From a bacterium (lineage in GTDB: Bacteria; SM23-31): a DNA stretch of 64,000 nt. The notes under the pieces were generated by a model, which saw only the letters and a program-made list of their open reading frames with translations, did no database searches and had not been told where the DNA came from. A program made the translations under genes and the position numbers. Below are positions 1-10,068 of this stretch, piece after piece (position 1 is the first letter of the stretch; every line of letters begins with the position of its first letter). Location: assembly GCA_965249485.1 (NCBI GenBank), contig OZ252239.1, forward strand, positions 2,848,001 to 2,912,000. The letters run 5' to 3'.

Positions 1-198
1 ACTCTTGATTCGTATTACAGATTTATCGGAATTTACACCGACAAGTAGAACATCACCTAGTTTTGATGCTTCATTAATATAATCAACATGTCCTCTGTGC
101 AGAATGTCAAAACAGCCGTTAGTAAAAACAACAGTTTGATTTTTCTGCTGTGCTTTTTGTGCAAATTCGACAAAATCTTTACGTGAACAAATTCTCAT
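1..198 (-). CDS. rfaE2: D-glycero-beta-D-manno-heptose 1-phosphate adenylyltransferase (5' part, runs off window)
   Basis: Manual translation from ATG at 198: MRICSRKDF...[39 protein letters not shown]. HxGH cytidylyltransferase-family motif; adjacent to rfaE1. Confidence 0.93.
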   Translation of the reverse strand, partial: MRICSRKDFVEFAQKAQQKNQTVVFTNGCFDILHRGHVDYINEASKLGDVLLVGVNSDKSVIRIKS

Positions 199-262
199 AA
201 ATCACATTAAGTCATTCTATCATTTTATCATTTTATTGTTATATATAGTGATACAAGAACAG

Positions 263-1270
263 TTATGTAACATTATCATTTGTGTCATTATGAAAAACTT
301 CTAATAATTTCTCCGGGGTTATCGGCACAATTCCCACTTCGCTGCATACTACTCCTGCAGCAAAATTTGCTATCGAAGAAGACTCCAGAATAGTTCCTCC
401 AGCAGCTAGGATCAGGGTCAATGTGCCAATCACTGTATCTCCTGCACCGGATACATCGTGGATCATACGGGCTTTAGTATTCACTTTGTAAATCTCTCCT
501 GTATTTGAGAAAAGTGACAAACCGTCCGATCCACGTGTAATCAGGACGTTATTACAGCCAAGGCGCTCTATCAGCAACTTGCCTGCTATTTCCACCCGCT
601 CATCCGAATCAAGCGCAAAACCGAGTGCGCTTTGGGTTTCAGAAATATTCGGTTTAAACAGAGTTACACCGGTATACTCAAAAAAATTATTAAACTTCGG
701 ATCGGCGGTAATTGGACAGCCATGCTCATGAGCAAGTTGAATAACATCCTTTATTATCTGTTTCGTTATAACACCTTTATTATAGTCCTGAAGGATAATC
801 CCATCAATATGAGTAATGTTTTCACGAAGCGATTTTATGAGACCCGAAGCCTCGCTGCCCGAAATATCATCTGTTTTCTCAAAATCGGTCCTGACAACTT
901 GCTGGTTATCCGCAATTATTCTTGTTTTCAATGTTGTCGGCCTGGAATTTGATGTATGGATACCAATTGTATTCAACTGCTCTTTCTTGAGTAAATTCTT
1001 TATGTCTTCACCGGTATAATCGTTACCGACTAATCCAAACAATATCGGTGAAGCTCCAAGGCTTTTAATGTTATTAGCAACATTTGCCGCACCCCCGAGC
1101 CTGCTGGATTCATCATGTACGTCAACAACGGGAACCGGTGCTTCAGGAGATATTCTGGAAACACTTCCCCAGACATATTTATCGAGCATAATATCACCAA
1201 TAACCGCTATTGTCTTCTTTCTGCATTGTTCAAGAAGCTGCTTAAGGCGTTTAATTTTGATTTGTATCAT
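263..1270 (-). CDS. rfaE1: D-glycero-beta-D-manno-heptose-7-phosphate kinase (PfkB family, RfaE domain I)
   Basis: Motifs GDIMLDKY..G.VSRISPEAPVPV, GGAANVA, DVSGAGDT. Confidence 0.95.
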   Translation of the reverse strand: MIQIKIKRLKQLLEQCRKKTIAVIGDIMLDKYVWGSVSRISPEAPVPVVDVHDESSRLGGAANVANNIKSLGASPILFGLVGNDYTGEDIKNLLKKEQLNTIGIHTSNSRPTTLKTRIIADNQQVVRTDFEKTDDISGSEASGLIKSLRENITHIDGIILQDYNKGVITKQIIKDVIQLAHEHGCPITADPKFNNFFEYTGVTLFKPNISETQSALGFALDSDERVEIAGKLLIERLGCNNVLITRGSDGLSLFSNTGEIYKVNTKARMIHDVSGAGDTVIGTLTLILAAGGTILESSSIANFAAGVVCSEVGIVPITPEKLLEVFHNDTNDNVT

Positions 1271-1322
1271 AAGATTTTATCGCTTACAAAATTAGATGCA
1301 ACATTTCCCTACTCAAATCTTG

Positions 1323-2453
1323 TTATTTATTCGAAGAATCGTATATTTCGTTGTAATACTGCTCATACTGAGGTCCGATGGAATTAACATCAAAAAGTGC
1401 ACGGGCACGGGCACTCCCTGATTTCGACATTGATTGCTGTAAAGACTGATTGCTCAATATTTCAATACCTGCATCTGCGAATCCACTGACATCTTCCGGA
1501 TTTATAAGGAAGCCCTGTTCTCCGTCAACAATTATTTCAGGAACACCTCCTGAATTAGAAGAAACAATTGGCACACCACAACTCATTGCTTCAAGAATCG
1601 ACAACCCAAAACTTTCTACTACACTGGCAGAAATCAGCAAATCAGAAATCGAAAGAAAATCCTCTACCTCTAACCGTTTTCCCAGAAAAATAGTATGGTC
1701 ACAAATTCCAAGTTCTCTGCACATTTTTTCTGCTTTTCCACGTTCCGGACCATCTCCGATAAGGAGTAATTTAGCCTTTACTTTTTCCAGAATTTTCCAG
1801 AATATTTCAATTACCGTATCAACTCTTTTTACGGGACGAAAGTTTGACAGGTGGGTAACAATGAACTCATTATTCGGTGCATACTCTTCCTTCAGTTCTC
1901 TGTTCGACCTTCTGATGAATTGTTCTGTGTCGACAAAATTGTGAATGACTCTGATGTTTTTCTTTATATCAAATGTTTCGTAAGTCTGATCGCTTAAAAA
2001 CTGTGAAACCGTGGTGACACCATCACTTTCATTAATTCCAAACTGGGTTACAGGAAGAAAAGCCGGTTCATTCCCGACAATCGTAATGTCGGTCCCATGT
2101 AACGTCGTAATAACTTTTGCCGGACTATTTGTTATCTGTCGTGCAAGAATTGCACTAATAGAATGGGGAATTGCATAGTGAACATGCATTATGTCGAGCT
2201 TCTGGTATGTGATGACCTCACTCATTTTTGCAGCAAGATTAAGTGCATACGGCTGATGATATTCAAATAAAGGATATGTAACAACTTCAACTTCATGAAA
2301 TAAAAATTTTCCGTTAAATGATCGTAACCGAAATGGTAGGTCCGAGGATATAAAATGTATATCATGGCCTCTGTTTGCTAGGTATTTGCCAAGTTCAGTA
2401 GCTATGACACCGCTGCCCCCGTATGTTGCATAACAGGTAATGCCTATCCGCAT
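1323..2453 (-). CDS. bshA: N-acetyl-alpha-D-glucosaminyl L-malate synthase (bacillithiol biosynthesis glycosyltransferase)
   Basis: MRIGITCY.TYGGSG, HVHYAIPH, TTLHGTDIT, HLSNFRPVKR, ESFGL. Confidence 0.93.
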   Translation of the reverse strand: MRIGITCYATYGGSGVIATELGKYLANRGHDIHFISSDLPFRLRSFNGKFLFHEVEVVTYPLFEYHQPYALNLAAKMSEVITYQKLDIMHVHYAIPHSISAILARQITNSPAKVITTLHGTDITIVGNEPAFLPVTQFGINESDGVTTVSQFLSDQTYETFDIKKNIRVIHNFVDTEQFIRRSNRELKEEYAPNNEFIVTHLSNFRPVKRVDTVIEIFWKILEKVKAKLLLIGDGPERGKAEKMCRELGICDHTIFLGKRLEVEDFLSISDLLISASVVESFGLSILEAMSCGVPIVSSNSGGVPEIIVDGEQGFLINPEDVSGFADAGIEILSNQSLQQSMSKSGSARARALFDVNSIGPQYEQYYNEIYDSSNK

Positions 2454-2527
2454 TGTAAACCTTTCATACTAATCAAACTATATTAGGCTGATAAAATCAG
2501 TCTATTTGTAGAAAACTGCTCCATTCA

Positions 2528-3325
2528 TCAATGTAAGGGAGATGCATCGTGTTTAATTTTAATAATATCAGGTAGAATTTCCTTCCATTTACCTTTTTTA
2601 TTTATCCTATCAACATTTTTTCTATCAAATGCTTCTATTGAAAGAAGCTTATCAGGCATAATAATGCTTTTATGATTGTGCACATTGAGCAACAGTGCCG
2701 CTTCTCCGCTTTTCATGCTATGTATACTTTTTTCATCAGGAGATGACTGAGAGCACTCCTCTAATGATACTGCCTCATTATCAAAAATAAGTATGGAATC
2801 ATATAAAGAATCAATTTTTTCTTTATGCGAAGAATCCATCATATTATAAACCTGCTCAACTGACTGGACCGGTATCCCGTAGTGTCTTCCGTCAATTATA
2901 CAATGCAGAACAACAACTTTTGATTCATCCTGCGCTATATTAAACTCCGCTTCTTCCACTACTGATATTCTTGACTGTAGAGGTGATTTTGAAACAGAGC
3001 TAATAATCCAAGAGCTTTCAGGAGCTATTCCAGTGTTATTATCCTGTAACTTGTCTATTAGCTCCGAGGATTCCAGAACATATGCGATTGAACCATCCGA
3101 CATTGTAACAATACCACTTATCCCGGGAATTTGCGATACAATATCTGCAGGCGGTTTTATTACGATTTCCTGTTGCTCAATGCATTCGTCCACCTCTAAA
3201 GCCATAGTTGCGTTACCAGATCGTAATATCACAAGAAAATACCCCTGTGACAGTGCTGGACGAGACTCAAGCGAAAAATAATCTCCTAAATATGTATAGG
3301 GATATGACGTACTCTGAACTACCAC
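2528..3325 (-). CDS. CheA fragment 3: CheW-like (P5) domain plus a second degenerate CheW-like region
   Basis: ALEVDECIEQQEIVIKP...IPGISG...DGSIAYVL. The frame stays open upstream to ~3400 (IQSIAVEKVIRI). Confidence 0.75.
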   Translation of the reverse strand: MVVQSTSYPYTYLGDYFSLESRPALSQGYFLVILRSGNATMALEVDECIEQQEIVIKPPADIVSQIPGISGIVTMSDGSIAYVLESSELIDKLQDNNTGIAPESSWIISSVSKSPLQSRISVVEEAEFNIAQDESKVVVLHCIIDGRHYGIPVQSVEQVYNMMDSSHKEKIDSLYDSILIFDNEAVSLEECSQSSPDEKSIHSMKSGEAALLLNVHNHKSIIMPDKLLSIEAFDRKNVDRINKKGKWKEILPDIIKIKHDASPLH

Positions 3326-3330
3326 ATTGG

Positions 3331-4161
3331 TTATTCTGCCTTCAGGACGTTTCTCATCTGAGTTGATTCGAATGACTTTTTCAACAGCAATAGATTGAAT
3401 AAAAAATTAAATGTTCCCAATCTGCATAAAACCGCATTGAATGCAGCTAATGTAACAGGAATTTTCAAGACAAAACAGACCCCATTGCCTGGATCATTTT
3501 CAATCTGAATATACCCATGAATCTGCTCAAGATTCGTTTTGACCACATCCATACCTACACCCCTGCCCGAAACACGAGTAACAGCCTCTTTAGTAGAAAA
3601 TCCCGGTTTAAATATGAGAGACAACACCTCTTGAGAAGACATTTGTTCCAATTGCTTATTATCTATTACACCTTTTTCTACAGCACGCTTTCCTACTGTT
3701 TCAACATTGATACCACTACCGTCATCACTGATCCTGATTGTAACTTCACTCCCCGTTGCGTGAGCGGAAATTTTTATTGTACCTTCTTCCGGCTTGCCTG
3801 ATTTGAGTCGAATGTCAGGTTCTTCAATTCCGTGATCAATTGCATTACGGATTAAGTGGATCATTGGATCTTTCAAATCTTCCAGAATCCACTTGTCTAA
3901 TTCCGTTTGAAGCCCTTCAAACTGTAAACGGATTTTTTTACTGCTGTCTTTGACTATATCCCGGACTGTCCGTTTCAGCTGCTGAAAGTATTCACCAATC
4001 GTCACCATTCGTGCATGAAACACTTCTTGCTGAAGCTCATCAATCAAACGAGAATTATGCTCATTGGACGCCTGATATGCAGAAATTGTATCAATGAGGA
4101 CAGTTTCAATGTTTTTGTAATCATTATAATACATCATTGAATTTCTTTGTAAATTTTTCAT
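3331..4161 (-). CDS. cheA: CheA fragment 2: HATPase_c kinase (P4) domain
   Basis: DPMIHLIRNAIDHGIE, DDGSGI, IFKPGFST, SGRGVGMDVV boxes. Confidence 0.9.
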   Translation of the reverse strand: MKNLQRNSMMYYNDYKNIETVLIDTISAYQASNEHNSRLIDELQQEVFHARMVTIGEYFQQLKRTVRDIVKDSSKKIRLQFEGLQTELDKWILEDLKDPMIHLIRNAIDHGIEEPDIRLKSGKPEEGTIKISAHATGSEVTIRISDDGSGINVETVGKRAVEKGVIDNKQLEQMSSQEVLSLIFKPGFSTKEAVTRVSGRGVGMDVVKTNLEQIHGYIQIENDPGNGVCFVLKIPVTLAAFNAVLCRLGTFNFLFNLLLLKKSFESTQMRNVLKAE

Positions 4162-4903
4162 TGTATGCGGCAGAATTCAATTGTGCTGAAAAATCAGATA
4201 CCTCGCTCTGTAATGATTCCCCGTTTCGAATTGTTCGTTTCAGCGAGTTTAATAAATCTCGTAATCCAACAATTTGTTTTTTTCCACTATGTTTTTTGAG
4301 CGACAGCTCACTTGTAAGAGCAACAATTTTGTCAATTTTCGCCACTTTTAATTTAACATATTCATCATCTTTCTTAGATTTTGCTTCAGCAGTCTCAGCT
4401 CTTGTAATTTTGACATCTGCTACATCAACACCGCTTTCTATTACCGATGAATTATCTTTAGTTGCAAGCTGCTCAGCTAGATTTAATATCTCCTGTTCTA
4501 AATCAACGGTCGGTTTTCTGTCTCGAATCGAATCAGTTAAATTTTTGAATAGATCAAGGGATTTGAGCAATCCGTCAATAAGAAGCGAATCAATCTTTTT
4601 TGGGCTTTTCTTGACAGATTCAATTAAGGATTCAAATTTATGAGCAACTGTTGTCACAACCTGAAATCCGAATGTGCCTCCCGTACCTTTAACACTATGA
4701 TAAACTTGGAGCATCTGGTTACACACCGAATCCGAATCAGCACTTTCTTCAAGATCGAGAATCAGCTGCGACAATTCATCCAATTTTTCGGACGTGTCTT
4801 CAAAAAACACTTCTAGAAGATCGTCAATATCTTCATCTGACATCCCTTCAAAAGGATCAACATCGTCGGAAGCAGGAATTGTATATGGTTTATTGTCTGT
4901 CAT
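4124..4903 (-). CDS. cheA: CheA fragment 1: Hpt (P1) domain and start of dimerisation domain
   Basis: FFEDTSEKLDEL...YHSVKGTGGTFGF..VTTVAHKFES Hpt motif; YVKLKVAKIDKIV..TSEL. Confidence 0.85.
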   Translation of the reverse strand: MTDNKPYTIPASDDVDPFEGMSDEDIDDLLEVFFEDTSEKLDELSQLILDLEESADSDSVCNQMLQVYHSVKGTGGTFGFQVVTTVAHKFESLIESVKKSPKKIDSLLIDGLLKSLDLFKNLTDSIRDRKPTVDLEQEILNLAEQLATKDNSSVIESGVDVADVKITRAETAEAKSKKDDEYVKLKVAKIDKIVALTSELSLKKHSGKKQIVGLRDLLNSLKRTIRNGESLQSEVSDFSAQLNSAAYNEKFTKKFNDVL

Positions 4904-4914
4904 TAGTTAATGTG

Positions 4915-6204
4915 CTATGTTAATGCTTCCATTTGATTTGCCGCCTCTAGGAGGTGTTCAGCAGATTCAACTGTAGAACGGATATTCTCTGATGTATATT
5001 TCATACTCACGTTGATCTTGGAGACCGTTTTATTGATTTCTTCTGTTGATTCGGTCTGTTTATTTACCGATCCACTAATGTTTCTTACAAGCTGTACTGC
5101 CTGATTTGAAAAATCGACCATTGTTTGAATCGATTCCTGAATCTCCTTGATTAGTAGACCAATATTGTCTGTAAATCCACGAGTATCTTCGGCCAATCTC
5201 CTTATCTCACCTGCAACTGCTGAAAATCCTTTTCCCTGTTCACCTGCTCGTGAAGCCTCGATGGAGGCATTTAAAGATAAAATGTTGATCTGTGCAGTAA
5301 TTTCTTCTATCGTCGTGGAAATTTTATCGATCTGATGTGCTTTTTGTTGAAGATCTGCCATTTTCTCAGCGCTATTTTCCATTTGCATAGATGCGTCTTC
5401 TGCGTCTTTAGCCATGTCAGAAGCAGCTTTCGAAAATACTTCAAGCGTGTTTGCTGTGTTATCAAGTGAAGATGATTGACTGAGAAATGCAGATTCTTCC
5501 TGGTTTGCCGCTTCAAGAATTTGCTCTGACACATCGTGGATTTTATTCGATATTCCATTAATTCTGTTTCTGATTTTTGCAGAAAAGAAGAAACCAAAAA
5601 GAATGCTCACGAGCGTAACACCAGCGAACACAAGACCAAACAACTGATAATTTTTACCAAAAATCGTCGGAATTGTATCGACTTCACTTCGCATTATATC
5701 CTGAGCGATTGTGGATTGAATTGTGTGCAATTCAACACGAATAAGATTAATCAGATTTGTTTGCTCTAAAAGTGCTTCTATCTCAATCGTCAGCGGTGTT
5801 CTTCTATTTGATAAAGAAAACTTTTGAACAGATTCAGATAGATTATTCAAATTATTAACGATACTATTAACTGTGCCTGAAACTCTTTGCACTATAGTAC
5901 CCGGAAGCGACTTTTGAAAAACATCTAAATCATCACGTAATAATTGAGCAGATTCAAGAAGTGTCTGCAGGTTTGCCTGCGACGGCCCCTTCAAAAATTG
6001 ATTATGCGTATTAATCAGGAGGCTGAAATCTGATATTTGCAGCTCGCCAACTAGTTGCTCAACGCTTATAACATTCGATATTCTCGCATGAAGAAAGTTC
6101 AAATCCTCGGTACTTTCTTTGCTAAAATACCAGAACCATGCAACCATGAGCGATATTACAAATGCATATCCGTAAAAAATAACACGATTAATTTTTAGTT
6201 TCAT
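4915..6204 (-). CDS. Methyl-accepting chemotaxis protein (two TM segments, short signalling domain)
   Basis: Hairpin tip QINILSLNASIEASRAGEQGKGFSAVAGEIRRLA; two hydrophobic segments. Confidence 0.92.
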   Translation of the reverse strand: MKLKINRVIFYGYAFVISLMVAWFWYFSKESTEDLNFLHARISNVISVEQLVGELQISDFSLLINTHNQFLKGPSQANLQTLLESAQLLRDDLDVFQKSLPGTIVQRVSGTVNSIVNNLNNLSESVQKFSLSNRRTPLTIEIEALLEQTNLINLIRVELHTIQSTIAQDIMRSEVDTIPTIFGKNYQLFGLVFAGVTLVSILFGFFFSAKIRNRINGISNKIHDVSEQILEAANQEESAFLSQSSSLDNTANTLEVFSKAASDMAKDAEDASMQMENSAEKMADLQQKAHQIDKISTTIEEITAQINILSLNASIEASRAGEQGKGFSAVAGEIRRLAEDTRGFTDNIGLLIKEIQESIQTMVDFSNQAVQLVRNISGSVNKQTESTEEINKTVSKINVSMKYTSENIRSTVESAEHLLEAANQMEALT

Positions 6205-6698
6205 GAAGATATTCTTGTATCATTGGCTACAGATTTATGACCATGCGCAATCGGCCGGTTATTATTGTGGTCTTGCCATAACGGTTCAATACGTTTATGA
6301 TGGAGAATTTTCTCCGGTGAAATGACTGGAATGTGAGTATTGCCTACAATACACAAACTGTCCAGTATTTGTGGCGAAAAATATGTCGATTTCTCCGGTG
6401 ATATCAATCGGGTTTTTGCTACATTACGAACCTGGATAATTTTTGAGACTTTAATAGAATACTCAATACCCTCACATAAAAACACAAGGAGCACGTTCTG
6501 TATAAAAAAATGTTCTTTTTCTGAAAAATATGACAGATCGACTACACCAATAGCGCGGTCATGACGCACTGTGAGATCTTTAATGAAGGGTATAACAGGA
6601 AGAAATTGAAGAAGAGCGGGTTTATGCACTACCTCTTTAAGGTTGCGTGTCGGAACAGCACATAATTTCTTCCCGATACGAAAAAATAGCATCTCCAT
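6201..6698 (-). CDS. cheW: CheW-like coupling protein
   Basis: LFFRIG..LCAVP...LKEVV, IGVVDL pattern; 4-nt overlap with the MCP gene. Confidence 0.75.
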   Translation of the reverse strand: MEMLFFRIGKKLCAVPTRNLKEVVHKPALLQFLPVIPFIKDLTVRHDRAIGVVDLSYFSEKEHFFIQNVLLVFLCEGIEYSIKVSKIIQVRNVAKTRLISPEKSTYFSPQILDSLCIVGNTHIPVISPEKILHHKRIEPLWQDHNNNRPIAHGHKSVANDTRISS

Positions 6699-6706
6699 AG
6701 CAACGA

Positions 6707-6735
6707 AATATATCTAAATCTTGCCTGAAATGCAA
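6707..6735 (-). promoter_or_regulatory. sigma70-type promoter TTGCAT-N17-TATATT upstream of cheW (near-leaderless)
   Basis: Exact 17-nt spacer; the same -10 hexamer recurs before five other genes. Confidence 0.55.
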
Positions 6736-6898
6736 TATTTATGTCCCGGGAAGAAGTTTCATGCCTCTATCTATAAAAATCCAACCACTTTTACGCGATT
6801 TCAATAATTAACATCTATCAACAATATAAGGAGTATTTACTTATTCCATCAGATTGATTTTTTCTCGCCTGTCATTATTCAATATCCATATAGAAGCA

Positions 6899-8320
6899 CT
6901 AATAAACTAAAACTCCTGCAATTAGGAATAAGAGTGCCGCAATAACACCTGCAATGAGAGCATACGGCAATTGTGTATTTACATGGTCCATATGATCAGA
7001 AGCAGAGGCCATCGATGAAATAAGTGTTGTGTCGGATATTGGTGAACAGTGATCTCCAAACACACCTCCGCTTATAAGCGCACCGGTAACCGGGACTATG
7101 TCTATCTGAAATCCTTGTGCAATACCGATACCGATTGGAAACATAATTGCCCAGGTCCCCCATGAGGTTCCGGTAGAAAAAGCTATAAATCCCGTAGTGA
7201 TAAACAGGATGACCGGGAGAAATTGCGGTGATATTATATTCATTGCAGTATTGGCCACATATTCCCCGGTGTGTAAGTCTCTGCAGAGATTACCGATTGC
7301 AAAAGCAAACATCATTAACAGAGCAATAGGCATTAACCCTCCAACACCCTTGATAAACAACTGAACAAGCTCGTTACTATTCATAATATTTTGCAGCCTA
7401 TATTTTACGGCCGCAACCATTATTGCCGCACTCACTGCCCAAAGCACAGATGTTGATCCCGATCCCCGTGTTATATCTCCTCCGCCGGTTATAATAAGAC
7501 TAACAATCATCATGATTATCATAGTCAAAACCGGAATAACCATATTAGATGCGGAAGGCTGAATACCCTCTTTTACCGGAAGTGAAAGAACTTCAGTTGA
7601 CACAAGCGGTGTAGCACCATCACGTAGAACTTTTCCGTATTTCAGAGCACGGTCTTCGGCATGCTTCATAGTGAAATAGTCTCTGCCCGTTATCGCAGTA
7701 TGCACTACAATTCCAAATGCTAATAATGAATAAAAATTATACGGAATTGCCGAAAGATAGGTTTGAAAAGAGTGTTGAATGTGCTGCTGATTTAACAATC
7801 CCGCAACGTACGCTCCCCATGCATTAATGGGAATAAGAGTACATATTGGTGCTGACGTCGAATCACAAAGATAAGCAAGCTTCTCACGGGATATCTTTAA
7901 CCGGTCAAATATGGGTCGGGCTACCGTACCGGTAATAAGCACGCTAATATTTGACTCTATGGGAATGGCTGTCCCGACACCCACAGCAAACAGCTGTGCC
8001 TTTCTCCTGTCAGATAGAAATCCTTTCTTGGAAACATATCGGACAAAACCTTCCACTCCTCCCGATCGCTGTGAAAATGCCAGAAGTGCCCCTATGAATG
8101 CGGAAAACATTATTACCTCGGTATTACTGCTGTCCTTGAATACATCAACGCAGGCAGTTAAAACATCGGCTATTCCCCGCAGCACATTTCCCTCGGCAAG
8201 GATTGTAGTTCCCGACCAGATGCCGAAAATGAGTGCAAAATACACCTGCCGTGTCATGAGCGCAATAGCGATAGCCAGAAGCGGCGGCACAATTGATAAC
8301 CACGGATATGTCTCAATCAT
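6899..8320 (-). CDS. Na+/H+ antiporter NhaC-family membrane transporter
   Basis: SREKLAYLCDSTSAP, FSTGTSWGT, GGVFGDHCSPISDTT..SS, DHV.TQLPYA. Confidence 0.9.
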   Translation of the reverse strand: MIETYPWLSIVPPLLAIAIALMTRQVYFALIFGIWSGTTILAEGNVLRGIADVLTACVDVFKDSSNTEVIMFSAFIGALLAFSQRSGGVEGFVRYVSKKGFLSDRRKAQLFAVGVGTAIPIESNISVLITGTVARPIFDRLKISREKLAYLCDSTSAPICTLIPINAWGAYVAGLLNQQHIQHSFQTYLSAIPYNFYSLLAFGIVVHTAITGRDYFTMKHAEDRALKYGKVLRDGATPLVSTEVLSLPVKEGIQPSASNMVIPVLTMIIMMIVSLIITGGGDITRGSGSTSVLWAVSAAIMVAAVKYRLQNIMNSNELVQLFIKGVGGLMPIALLMMFAFAIGNLCRDLHTGEYVANTAMNIISPQFLPVILFITTGFIAFSTGTSWGTWAIMFPIGIGIAQGFQIDIVPVTGALISGGVFGDHCSPISDTTLISSMASASDHMDHVNTQLPYALIAGVIAALLFLIAGVLVY

Positions 8321-8362
8321 ACATGTAACCGGTAATAATCAGTGTGTCTATATCACAAGGTT

Positions 8363-9874
8363 TCAGTAAAGACCCAACAACGGTACGGCAACAAATAATA
8401 TTGTCACTGTGATAACGATTGCTCCAAGAATATTAATTACTATGCCGGCTTTTACCATATCAACCATATTTATTTTACCTGAGCTGAACACGATAGCATT
8501 CGGTGGTGTTGCTACCGGCAGCATAAATGCACATGAGGCTGACAAAGTCGCAGGAATCATTAGAAGGTAAGGATGAAGTCCTACACCTGAAGCAAGACCT
8601 CCCATAATCGGCATAAAAAGTGACGCTGTTGCAGTATTTGAAGTGATTTCTGTTAAGAAAGTTACGAGCAGCGCAATCGTGAGCACAAATAGCCAGACCG
8701 GAACTCCCTGTAGTGCTGCAAGATTACTTCCTAACCATTCTGAAAGGCCAGAAGTGCTAAAACCTTTGGCCAATGCAATACCGCCGCCGAATAGTATGAG
8801 TATTCCCCAGGGAATTTGCTGTGCTTCCTTCCATGTTAACAGAAAGTCGTTTAATTTCCGATCTACGGGGATAATAAATAATAAAAGTGCCGCCGTAATC
8901 GCAACTGTTGCATCATTGATATATTCAGGATGCTCAAACAAGCGCGACCAACCCGAAACAGTTACTGATCCGATTATAATGTCCTTTCGGAAAATCCATC
9001 CTGCTGCTGTGGCAAGAAATACTGCAAGCACCTTCTTTTCGTCTCTTTGCATCGATCCGAGTTCATTTCTTTTCTCCACTAATAGTTCCTGCGCTGACGA
9101 CATATCTACTTTGGGAATTTTAATGATAATCTGTGTTAGCAAAATCCACGTAGAGGCAAGCAGTACGATGGATATTGGTAAAGCCATAAGTAACCACTCC
9201 AGGAAATTGATCTGCGGCAAATCCGGAAAGAGTGAAACCGCAGCACCGGCAAAAATTATATTCGGTGGTGTTCCTATCAGTGTTGTTATATCACCAATAC
9301 TTGCACTGTAAGCAATCGCAAGCATGAGCGCAGTGCCCAAATTCCGAAAATCATTATTCTTTGCACCCGGCAAAGCATTGACTGCAATGATTGTCGCAAT
9401 TCCAATGGGCAACATAATGAGGGAAGTCGCAGTATTTGATATCCACATCGAAAGAAATGCAGTCGCCACCATAAATCCAAGAATAATCCGGCGCAAATTT
9501 TTCCCAATGTATGAAATGATCGCATAAGCAATACGCAAATGCAGTCCGCACTTTTCCATTGCAGCGGCAAGTAGAAATCCTCCAAAGAAGAGATAAATAT
9601 TACTATCACCGTATGAAGAAGCTGTTGTGGTAATGCTCTGGATACCTAACAATGGGAAAAGGACAAGTGGAACTAAAGCTGTGGCAGAAATTGAAATTGC
9701 CTCGGTCAACCATAAAGTAGCCATAAGAACCGCAACAGCTCCAGTATAATATGCTTCCGATGGCATACTTGATGGAGTGGGCAACACAACCAATATAACG
9801 AATATAATGGGACCTGCAAACAGTCCGAATTTCCGTCTAAATGAACCGGTTTCTTTTACTGTAGCGGTTTTCAT
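8363..9874 (-). CDS. SLC13/DASS sodium:di-/tricarboxylate or sulfate symporter
   Basis: LSMWISNTAT, TLIGTPPN, TEITSNTAT, AFMLPVATPPNAIV. Confidence 0.93.
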   Translation of the reverse strand: MKTATVKETGSFRRKFGLFAGPIIFVILVVLPTPSSMPSEAYYTGAVAVLMATLWLTEAISISATALVPLVLFPLLGIQSITTTASSYGDSNIYLFFGGFLLAAAMEKCGLHLRIAYAIISYIGKNLRRIILGFMVATAFLSMWISNTATSLIMLPIGIATIIAVNALPGAKNNDFRNLGTALMLAIAYSASIGDITTLIGTPPNIIFAGAAVSLFPDLPQINFLEWLLMALPISIVLLASTWILLTQIIIKIPKVDMSSAQELLVEKRNELGSMQRDEKKVLAVFLATAAGWIFRKDIIIGSVTVSGWSRLFEHPEYINDATVAITAALLLFIIPVDRKLNDFLLTWKEAQQIPWGILILFGGGIALAKGFSTSGLSEWLGSNLAALQGVPVWLFVLTIALLVTFLTEITSNTATASLFMPIMGGLASGVGLHPYLLMIPATLSASCAFMLPVATPPNAIVFSSGKINMVDMVKAGIVINILGAIVITVTILFVAVPLLGLY

Positions 9875-10013
9875 TCTTTTAAATAGAGTTTCGCACGGTT
9901 TTTTTCTTTTTTAATAATGTATAAACTACGTCATCAGTAATTAAGTTACGTATAACATTGTCAATACCGGGCGCAAAAACATTTTCTATCATGCTTCTTT
10001 TCGATTGAGCAAT

Positions 10014-10042
10014 AAAAAAGCAGGACATTACTGCCCTGCTTT
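10014..10042 (-). terminator. Rho-independent terminator of the molybdoenzyme operon
   Basis: Minus strand AAAGCAGGGCA-GTAA-TGTCCTGCTTT followed by a T tract. Confidence 0.8.
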
Positions 10043-10068
10043 CTCAAAAATACATATTTACATACTAA

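Larger units (their letters stand above)
2528..4903 (-). pseudogene. cheA: CheA chemosensory histidine kinase interrupted by two frameshifts (about 4124-4130 and 3401-3406)
   Basis: Hpt, dimerisation, HATPase and CheW-like domains are collinear but lie in three reading frames. Could be real or an assembly error. Confidence 0.75.

Noticed and set aside
6752..6766. sigma54-like AGGCATGAAACTTCT upstream of cheW
   Set aside because: The -12 GC dinucleotide is absent
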